This document shows, in pieces, positions 40,221-50,304 of a DNA stretch of 64,000 nucleotides. The notes beneath the pieces were generated by a model. The model ran no database searches and was not told where the DNA came from. It saw only the letters and a list, made by a program, of their open reading frames with translations. This DNA is from Carcharhinus longimanus (lineage: Eukaryota): contig JASCQW010000109.1 of assembly GCA_030264375.1 (NCBI GenBank), positions 30,413,004 through 30,477,003 on the forward strand. Reading direction: 5' to 3'. The translations under genes and the position numbers were made by a program. Positions within the stretch are counted from its first letter, which is position 1. Each line of letters opens with the position of its first letter.

Positions 40221-40839
40221 ATCAATATTCACCCTATCATACCATTGCAATTTTATCACTCTATCGCTAGACATTCCTGAACTGACTTAGCTCAATGGAA
40301 GATCTCCCAAATTCCTCAGGTATCTTACAACAATAATCTTTCAACCCTGATAACATCCTGGTGAATCAGCTTTGCATTTTTTCCATTATTTTCATATCCA
40401 GCCTTTACTGGTATGTCAAAATTGTACAAAACTGGTATGAAGTCATAGAGGATATGAGAGTAAGAAGGTAATATTGAACTTATACAAGATTTCCAACTTT
40501 AGTCAAAGTTCTTGTATAAGTTCAATGTTGCCTTCTTACTTTTATATTCTCTGTTCTATAACTTCTTTTATAAAAACAGACATTCCATTTTTAATGAACT
40601 TTCAATTTGTGATGCCATATTTAATCATGTCTGTACCCCATGCCAAGGTGTCCCTTCTCCATTTAAAATAATATTATTTATTGCAAGTTTCCATTCCCTA
40701 TTATTTCTAATTACTCGTGTTTTTCTTTATTAAACTCTATCTGCCACATATCAATCCAACCTGCAAACATAGCCATGTCCTCCTGCAGTTTTTACAATAT
40801 TCCTGTCATATTTTGTTGTATTCCTCCCATTCTATTCTA

Positions 40840-41500
40840 GGGGTGGCATGGTGGCATAGAACATAGAACATTACTGCGCAGTACAGGCCCTTTGCTGCTT
40901 CACAATGCCTGGGACACAGGTTCAATTCTGGCATTGGGTGACTGTCTATGTGGAGTTCATATGTTCTCCCCGTGTCTGTGTGGGTTTCTTCCAGGTGCAC
41001 TGGTTTCCTCCCACTGTCCAAAGATGTGCAGGTTAGGTTGATTAGTCATACTAAATTGACCCTTAGTGTCCCAAAGACGTGTAGGTTCGGTGGATTTTTT
41101 TTTTGTTTTTATTCCAATTCAATCCAATCAAATCCAATTCAGAGTCTCAACAAGTTGAGACATTCCCAATCCAAGCTGACAAGATAGGGATCTCACCTCC
41201 TGTCTTGGTCTTGATTTACATGATCCAAGTTGATTGGAGTAGGCATAGCTCCTCCTGCAAGGCTTGATCTCATTTGCATCGAGATGCTGCTTTTAGAAAT
41301 TGCTTCAAATGAAGCCAAAATGTAACCTAATGACTTCAATCAAGCACATCGATACTACACTTGATCTTAGCCAAAAGACCATGGGAAATGTGCGAGAATA
41401 TGGAGACAGGGTGGGAGGAGGGTAAAATGCCCTTTCAGAAAGTTGGTGTAGACTCGATGGACCAAATGGCCTCCTTCTGCATTGTTGGGTTCTATGTCTA
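40840..41500 (+). mobile_element. HE1-type SINE hosting two insertions (a ~36-bp antisense CR1-type tail at ~40857-40892 and the U2-headed element at 41095-41380)
   Basis: Head GGGGTGGCATGGTGGCA|...|TGCTGCTTCACAATGCC; body resumes GGTGGATT|...|GACCATGGGAAATG through to the TGGCCTCCTTCTGCA tail. Confidence 0.8.
41095..41380 (-). mobile_element. U2 snRNA-headed, poly(A)-tailed short retroposon (SINEU-like or U2-LINE chimera)
   Basis: Minus strand begins GGTCTTTTGGCTAAGATCAAGTGTAGTATC = U2 nt 11-40 (29/30; nt 15-40 perfect), then ~210 nt of non-U2 body, an 8-bp stem hairpin, ATTGG-like repeats, AATAAA and an A-tail. Confidence 0.8.
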
Positions 41501-42454
41501 TTGTCATTAGTTAATTCCAACAAAAACAATCAATAAAAATTATAATAAAATTTCTTGAATCCTATATCAAGATCAGAATCTGCACCTGAAATTTCACTAT
41601 CATTTTGATTTATTGGAAAATGGGATCTGCTGTGCATGACTACAAACAGGGCACATTTGTTATGTCACACATCATCTTAAGACTGTTTAACACTGACAGT
41701 GTGAGCCAAAATTGGTAAAGAATTGATTTCCAATCCTGATATTTCTTATCTCATTAATTAAGACATTTATTATACTATTTAAAAGATAGTACAAATATGA
41801 AATCTGCATCTTGGAATTACTGTTTCAGATTTATTTTTTATCTTGTTAAAATGCTGAAGGATTTGACATTAATATTTCATAAGTCTCTGTTTGTACAGTT
41901 TAATAGTAAATTATTGTAAGAATGAGAGTGAATGTTTTTCGTTCTATTGAAGCAGAACGTGATGTTATTTACATATAGCTTGGGATCAGGAGTACAAACC
42001 AAATCCACAACAAGCACCTTTATCTTTCACCATCTTTTCTTGCCAAAAATCCCTGATGTACTGCCGCTTTTTCAAATCTAGGGCTCCCCATTGATATTCT
42101 CAACCCTTCATTCATGTATTTATATTGCAACACTCCATACTCTGTCCCATCACATCCTGATAACTCCCTACTAAGTGCTACCAGAATCACAGAAAATCCA
42201 CACAGGCCATTTGGCCCATTGAGTCTGCATTGGCCTGCAGATTCTACCTAATCCCACTCCTCTGCTTTATCCCCATAACTTTGCAGATCCCACAACCCTC
42301 TTCCTAGTCCTAAATCATCACACTTGCTCAATGCTGAGATGTCCCATTTTCCCATATCCAAGTGCACTTACATCCCAGTGCCACTTCTCCAATGTCACCA
42401 GGTCCAAACTTTATATTTCTGCAACATCACACCTGTGCCACATACTTAAAGAGC

Positions 42455-43115
42455 TAAGAACAGTACAGCATAGGAACACGGCTCTGGCTGATCAAGCCTG
42501 GGCAAGCACATGACACCTTTTTAAACTAAAGATGTTTTGCCTCTATGCAGTCTCTATCCCCTGCCTATTCACGAATCTGTCAAGATGCCTCTTAAATATT
42601 GCTATTGTATCTGCTTCTACCACCTCCTCTGACAGCTCATTCCAGGCACTTACCAACCTCTGTATAAAAAAACTTGCCTCTCACATCTCCTTTGAGCATT
42701 CCCCCTTTGACCTTAAACCTATGATCCCTAGTAATTGACATTTCTACCCTGGCAAAAAGGCTCCAACTATCCATTCTATCCGTACCCCTTATCTGGGTGG
42801 CACAGTAGCATAGTAGTTAGCACTGCTGCCTCACAGTGTCAGGGACTTGGGTTCAATTCCCAGCTTGCATCACTGTCAGTGTGGAGTTTGCACATTCTCC
42901 CCATATCTGCATGGGTTTCCTCCAGGTGCTTCAGTTTCCTTCCAAAGATATGTGGGTCAAGTGGATTGGCCATACTAATTTGCCCTTTAATATTAGGGGG
43001 ATGAGCTAGGGTATGGGGTTATGGGAATAGGGCCTGGGGTGGGATTGTGGTCAGTGCAGACCTGATGGGCTGAATGGTCTCCTTCTGCACAGTAGCATTC
43101 TATGATTCTATGATC
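42455..43115. mobile_element. Antisense CR1 3' end (42455-42790) abutting a sense HE1 SINE (42795-43115)
   Basis: CR1 antisense CCCCTTTGACCTTAAACCTATG; SINE head GGTGGCACAGTAGCATAGTAGTTAGCACTGCTGCC to (ATTCTATG)n tail. Confidence 0.8.
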
Positions 43116-46100
43116 CTAGACTTCAGAGATTTCTCCCAGAATTTTACTTTCCATTTTCTCATAATTACCTTCTTCTAACACTCTGATATCCCAATGTGTC
43201 CAAACCTTATCTTTCGCTCTTTCTAACACACCACNNNNNNNNNNGCTATTTATAAAAAAACAAAATTATCCCCCACCGCCCCCCCCCCCCCACCCTCTGC
43301 TTCTCCCGTTTTTTCAGGCACTCTTAATATTCACAGAGCCGATATTCCCTCTTTCTTACACACCTACTAAATCATTCCCAGTACTAATTATGCACAATAA
43401 ATGCCTATAATGAACAAATAACAAAATTCCCATATTCTGGATCATTGGTCTTTTAACATCGCAAAAATCCCCCTGGAAAACTCCCACACTGTAAAACCAT
43501 TTCCCCTGCTATTTCCCACAACCCTGTTTTCCCTTTATCCAAGCATCATTATCACACTACTTCCACGTTCCACAATATCCTTCTCATTAATGAGACATCT
43601 CCATACACTCCTCCTAGGATCCAAAATTCACCTCGCATTCATTACAGCAGACCAAACCCCATTTCTCCGACACCAAGAAACTCTGCATTACCAAATTCAT
43701 GTGCACCCTGTTACTCACCAATATACCCAAACCCTGATTCTTCTCATTTCAGTGCAATTAGATAGGTGTTTCATAATTTGCACTTATCAATCTATCTTTC
43801 CTTATCTTCTTTTCTCCTGATGCTCACCACCATCATCCACCACCAAACTCTCTTCAACCCTTTCATTTTCATCCTCTAACCTTTCACCACGACTCACTGA
43901 GCTTGCAGTTGAACACCAACATCCCAGCACCAACCTCGTTCCTACTCAGCTCCATCAATATATCCTTCTGCATTCTGTCCAGCATCTTTCTCCCTGTTAT
44001 TTTGTACCTTCCCCATCACTTAACCCCACTGTGAGTGAGATAAGGTGAACATCAGAAGAAAAGAAGGTAAGGAAAGATGGATTGATGAGCGCAAATTACA
44101 AAGCACCAATCTTTCTTCTCTGTCCGCTCAATACATATTAACCTTCAAAATCAGAGGAAGACTTCAACGTGGAAACATTCATTTTTAAAAAACCTTTAAC
44201 TTTAAATATTGCAAGGTACTTTTTATTATTTTGTATATTTCACTTTAATGTTGGATAATAAATCACAGCTATATAATCAAACACAACACATCATTTCTTT
44301 TCCAATGAATTAAATTCAATTTATTTGAGATTGTATCAATTTCTCATCATTTTACATCATTACATTTCATCATTGTTTTGTACCTAACCTCAATAATGCA
44401 CTCCAGTACATTATACAAATCTCTCCTTGTCACTTATCACGTTGTATACATGTATGCGCACAGTCATAAATCACTGAGTCTGAAAACACCACTAAAATTC
44501 CCACAGCACTCTGGGCCAAAAATACAGCTCACTAATTGAATCCCCAGAAATCAATGACCAACGTGCTACACTCCCTCTACCCCCTCGCTATTCTCGCTGG
44601 CTGCAATGTTGATTGACATTTAGGGCTGGGAATGTTGGTTTTGTCCATTCGGTGTCCCCACCCACCCATTTCCCACTGCAGCTGCCTCCAATGTACTCAC
44701 TTCATGTCTTGTAGCCTGCCTGCTCAGTTTTGTTTCATTTCCTGCCTACACCCTCCATTGAAATTTCAGGCTTCTTGCCACCTACCTCTTCCAGTATCTG
44801 TTGCTGCCATCCTGCCAACTGCTACCAACTCACCTTGAATCCATCCACCTGTCCTGTCTTGGGCCTCCCTGTTTGAACAATTCCCCAACATCATGACTGT
44901 GCCATCCAACACTGAGGTCATCATCTGCCCACCATCTGCACCTTATTTTGTATCCACTTGGAGAATGCAAATATCCTGGCCCCTATGTTCTATGCCAAAG
45001 GGCCATCACCGTTTTATGAATTTAGAAACCCACAGAATGGTGTACCTGAGGTGTAATTTTCTTCCTTTAATTTTATTTCTTTCTCAAGTATTGCCTAAAA
45101 ATTTTAAGATAGTGTTTAACTAAGTTTTTTTTCAACTATTAATTATTAATGGGGAAAAAAAAACTATATATCGTACACTCTGATGGACACTTTGTACACA
45201 ATCTGAACGTGTGCATTGAGGTAAGGTTCCATTACAAGTTCTGGGCCTAAATCCTAACCTATGCCTGTAACAATTTTATTTTTTGCCTTGCACTTAATTA
45301 CGATTTTCGATTGTAAACATAATGATGTGGAAATATATTGTAAACATAATGATATTGAAACTCAATGGCAGGGTTTGACCAGAGAGAGAGAAGCATAGCT
45401 AGCAGAAAGCTTTTGGAAGCTGTTACAATAGTTTCCATGACAGCTGGGCCAGAGATAAAATAAGGTGATTGTTCATCCTCCATCCGGCACTGCTCACATT
45501 TCTAAGAAATGAATTATCTGTGATCACGGATGTCCTGATTTGCTCTGCAACTTCATGTAATACTTTCATTCTTAATTCCTGTCGGATTTTTAAACGGCCC
45601 ATATAGCAAGCGCATCCTTCCCCGTGTACCTCCTGGGGGGTTAGTCCTTTAAACCTGCAGTTAGTTGTCGAAAATTCAGTGACTTGAACAGAGTTCTGGC
45701 CCACTTTCCCTAAATATAACCACAGCTTAAACGTTAGAATGTGTCTACATGGGAGTGACTATAAAGACCAGATTTAGCTGCGGGGGCTGTAATATAATTA
45801 GTGTTTCTCTCATTATCTGTTGTTGGAGCTGCTATGCATCGTTAATACCCCAGCGCTGTCTCGGGGGAAGCTTACGTCGTGCTCTCAGGAGGAAAAGTGC
45901 AGCTTCAGCATTTTATTTTTTAAAGGTGGTGTGAAAGCCGGAATGGCTTCGTTATCTGTCAGGCGAATGCTGGCGGAAGTAATGCCAGTTCTATCAGAAA
46001 TGAAGCGCAAAGGGTAAGATATCCCGATACTCAGAACAGGATGCAAAAAAAAAATCCATCCGTTGCAAAGCTATTTCAGTCCATGGTGAAATGCTGCACT

Positions 46101-46652
46101 TGCAATTCGACCCATCAATGTTTCCAATCATAGAAGCAGTGTAACATCCGGCCTGAGCTGCCGCTGGGACAATTTGGAAAGGAATGGGAAAAGGGTGTGG
46201 GACACATTCCGAGGAATGAGGGGAACGTAGTGTCTCTCTCTCTCTCCGCCTCGCTGTTCCTCTCGCCGGCTGCAACGTCAATGCGCTCCTCTCTCTTTCC
46301 TGTTCATGTGCCGAAGACGCTCGCCTGCCAACTGGGGGCCTTGTCATGGAAAGTAACTGAGTGGCAGTGCCACTGGCCACACGCCGGCTTTTCCATAATA
46401 GAACAACGTCAAGGGCAAGAACGCCCAGTGAAAATAGGAGCTGGCTGTGCTGGGGGTACTCCTTCCCTGAGGTGATCCTCAGTGGCTCGGGATCACTTAC
46501 CCCACCAACTCATCTGAGAAGTGAAATGCTACCAAACAGCTGATCAGCAACCCCCAACATACCCGATACGTGGCGTTTATATATATATATGTTAAAAAAC
46601 ATTGGAACCTATTATTTACACCTTTGCAACGTCCTCTTGTCTCACTGTTGTC

Positions 46653-46853
46653 GAAATTGATACTCTGGTTTGTGACAATCTATTTGAAATTGACACTCTA
46701 GTTTAAATGACAATCTATTTGAAATTTGCATCCTAGTTTAAATGACAATCTATTTGAAATTGGCAGCCTAGTTTAAATGACAATCTATTTGAAATTGGCA
46801 GCCTAGTTTAAATGGCAATCTATTTGAAATTTGCAGCCTAGTTTAAGTGACAA
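46653..46853. repeat. 35-bp tandem repeat, ~5.5 copies (TGACAATCTATTTGAAATTGGCAGCCTAGTTTAAA)
   Basis: Units start at 46673, 46708, 46743, 46778, 46813 and 46848; no spacers. Confidence 0.93.
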
Positions 46854-47220
46854 CATCACTTGATTGTTTGGAATGAACACCCTGACGGGTTGAATCGGAT
46901 TTGATCCTCTGTGGTTCACCCGGGTACAGAGAGAAAGCCACGCTTTTCTGCGGATGGTTCGATTGTCCACATCTGTTTTCTCAAACTGCAGGCATCGTGT
47001 TTAAAATACATCCCCCCGGCAAGGTTACTCATCAATTTAATCGCCATGCTTTTGACACCAGTGGACATGTAAGCCCACAGGGGGGTTTTGTACAAACGGT
47101 TGCTTCCCACAGTGGGGGATTTAACTGTAATAAATCGAAGAAGAGTTCGTCATTCCAATATTCAAGGTTCACTTCCGAAAGCTTTAACCTCTGGGGTGCA
47201 CATACATAAATACACAGAAA

Positions 47221-47730
47221 AAGAAATCCTGATATTCAAGGAATTTAAGATCAGTATGTATATATTTTCTATATATATATACATATATACACACACTCTA
47301 TATATATATATACACACACACTATATGTATACCCATACCAAAATGTTACTTTATAGGGACATATCCTCCGGGAATCGGTGTGTACGAACTAATTTTCACG
47401 TTCCTTAGAACACAACTCATTTATATTTATATATTTATACAATTTATACATATATATATAAAGAAATCTTGATACTCAAGGAATTGAAGATGGATGTGTA
47501 CGTGTTTGCGCGTATATAAACACACACTATATAATATACATACCCTTATATGCATATATACACACACACACAAGCTATATGTCTACCCATATTAAATTCC
47601 TTGAACATTAGGATATCTTTTTTTGTATGTATATGTTTATGTAAGTATAAATGAGTTGTCTTCCAAGGAATGTGAGGTAGTTTGTACACACTGATTCCCG
47701 GAGGATATGTTCCTATAAAGTAACATATTG
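47221..47730. repeat. Compound direct + inverted repeat (fold-back)
   Basis: 47339-47488 is the imperfect reverse complement of 47593-47730; 47221-47337 is directly repeated at 47461-47591. Confidence 0.88.
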
Positions 47731-49569
47731 CTATCAGACTTGGAGACTATTCACTATAAACACTGCCTGCTTAGAGAGCCGGGCTGGTGGCCAAGAACAA
47801 GCCGTGACGCGCGGCTTCCTTGTGCGAAGAAGGAAACTCCCTGTGGTTTCCATGGAGACACAACCAGTCATACACTTCAGAGGAACAACTCCTCCACGTA
47901 ACTTAGCAACGCCATTGATCCACGATTAAACCAGCGCCAAGACAAATAACTTGGCTAATCTTTACTTTTTAGCCCAAGTACCTCCGTCATTGTGAAACGT
48001 TCAGGATAGGTCCTTTTGCTTTGAGATTCTGTCTCTCTCTTCTGTTCACTTGGGTTTCGTTTCTGCGACTGTGGGACTGACATGTATACTGCTGTCCCCA
48101 AAGTATTTCCGCGGAATATGGGACAGACNNNNNNNNNNGTTCTACTCAACTGAATTAAGTAAATCTAAAGATATTTTTTCACTTAATAAGTTAATGTGAA
48201 GAATGTGTTTGATTTATTCAATTCAGTTGAGTAGATGAAAACGTTTAAATTTTTTTTAACGCTAGTGTGGTGATGATTGTTGGCGGTTTTTATGTTATTC
48301 TATAAATGTACATAAACTGAGCTCCAAATTAGCGAATACCTACCTTTGTGTTAGAGTATATTATCTTTTGTCTTCAATTTTTCAGGGTCTGAGCTACACC
48401 ACCAAAGTTAACAATTTTAGTTGCTCCTTAAGTACCTGGAGAGAGTGGTGGTAACAGCGGAACGACTTTCTCGGTCGCTTCTCAGGATATTTAAAGTACA
48501 TCTAGTCTAAAACTACGAACAAAGGCGGGCATGGGGGTCCTTCGCTAATGGATATTAATGAATCGGCTGTTTAAAAAATATTGGACAGCTTCCTCGATAA
48601 TGGAGTTATATTTTGACTTTTAAACGGAATCCAAATCACTGTTTCTCGATATTTGAATTACGACTCTAGCAACACCATCCTTCCTACCTCACTCAAAAGA
48701 CAATGGTTTCCTCATCCCTCCAACCCATTCAGAAGCATTAGCTAAGAATAATTCCCCTCTAAGCCCCAAATACAATCTTAGTAAATGCCTGACGTAGGCA
48801 AAATATGTCTTTCGAATAAATTGGCACTTCAAATATAGCTACATTTGAAAGAGCCAGTTTAAAGGGGAACTGGATTGCAGTTGTTGCTTCTGGTAATAAA
48901 GACTGCACTGTCAAAAAAAAAATGTATTTTTGTACCTTTATAGACAGGGCGCAATGAAACTAAACCAGCTCCCTGAAGACATGATTTTTAACTAATTGCT
49001 GTGAACAGGATTTTGAAGATGCCGAAGCAACTGGCTGGACTATATTGAGGAAGATACCATACCCTCCAGGTTTTTTTTTAAAAAAACGTAATGTCACTGA
49101 AACGATAGGTGTTACTGAAATTAAACACTCTCACTGTGTAATAAGGGCCACCTACTCGGCGGTAGATTACGCCCCCGCGGAATGGATCACACGTTCATCT
49201 GCGGGAGAAATCTCAAGCGGAAATGGCGCACTAATTTACCATCCCCACTTTGTGTGCATAGAGGAGCTCGAGGATGGAGGATTGAAAGGGTTATGTTTCA
49301 CGGCTCCCTTTCGTTTGAATTTGGCCTATGCTACAGTGAGAGAATCCTGAAAGTTTACTAACCCTTCCCCGAACACTGCATATGTTTTAAAATTCTTTAT
49401 AAAATTAACCATTCCAAACCAAGTGAGAATTACTAGATAACTACCTGGTGCTGATAACTAGGGGAAAGCTAGTATTTAAAGTAACAGTTGGTAAAAGCTA
49501 AAACAGAGAGCAACTACCCCACGTCTCAGAACAGAACTTGCTGCTTTTAGGTGATTGATGGAAAGAGCT

Positions 49570-49620
49570 AGTATAACACGCCGTGACACACGAAGAAAAG
49601 TTTATGTAAAAAAATTTATT
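49570..49620 (-). terminator. DUSP1 polyadenylation signal and downstream U/GU-rich element
   Basis: AATAAA at 49620-49615 (minus) followed by CTTTTCTTCGTGTGTC. Confidence 0.75.
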
Positions 49621-49939
49621 GGATTCATACAAAATAGCTGTACAATAAACAAAATGGCCATTATGTAAATAAATAATTGCATAAATTATCACACTGACAA
49701 ATCAGTATGAACTGTAGTCACAGGTATAAAAAGTGCTCAAACGCCGGTCGGGTCCTCCCCAGACAGTTTAAGAATTGACACAGTGCACGGGTCTGGTTGA
49801 GGTAATAAAGTTCTTCAAAAAGAAACACAATAAGCAAACTCCTGGTCTGGGTAATCATAGATGGATCCCTGTACATCTAACATGATCTTTCAGCTTATTG
49901 TACTTGGTTCAGTCTTTAAAAATCAGTCTTTCCAGTATG
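49590..49939 (-). promoter_or_regulatory. DUSP1 3'UTR with AU-rich elements
   Basis: Three AUUUA pentamers (49666-49686) including the nonamer UUAUUUAUU (49668-49676); let-7 7mer-A1 match UACCUCA at 49798-49804. Confidence 0.8.
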
Positions 49940-50304
49940 TCAGTACGTGGGAGAAGTGGTGATGGGACTCTGGAGATAATTTAGTGAGTTAGTTGCCGGA
50001 TGGACTGGCATGGAGACAGGAAAGTTAAAGACAAATCGAGTTGAGGTACCAGAGGGGTTGCTGGAGGGACTGGAAGCCTCTGTCGAACACGAGGGGGTCA
50101 ATACTTGAGATTCAAATTGCAGGAGCTGTCCCATGAAGCTGAAATTGGGGGAAATAACACTCCGGCGCTGCTTAACGAACTCAAAAGCTTCGTCCAACTT
50201 CACTCTGTTCGCCCGCATGAGATAAGCCAGGCAGATGGTAGCAGATCTGGAGATGCCAGCCTGGCAGTGCACAAACACCCTACCACCAGTACTCTTCACA
50301 GAGT
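49940..50304 (-). CDS. DUSP1: DUSP1 coding exon 4 (catalytic loop and C-tail)
   Basis: Acceptor TTTCTTTCAG|, DSVKSTGGRVFVHCQAGISRSATICLAYLM...YLQSPITTSPTY-TGA. Confidence 0.96.

Noticed and set aside
41351-41380. Functional U2 snRNA gene
   Set aside because: Only nt ~11-40 are present; no Sm site or 3' stem-loops, and it is embedded in a SINE.
1-45000. NEURL1B or other syntenic neighbour exons
   Set aside because: No NHR or RING (CxxC...CGH...CPICR) coding sequence was recognised; the remaining short ORFs are TE-derived, gap-spanning or random.
46653-46853. CRISPR-like 35-bp repeats
   Set aside because: Units are head-to-tail with no unique spacers, there are no cas genes, and the context is vertebrate.
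47660-47700. A let-7 miRNA gene
   Set aside because: Lacks the central UAG of mature let-7 and has no ~70-nt pre-miRNA hairpin with a star arm; kept only as a possible target site.
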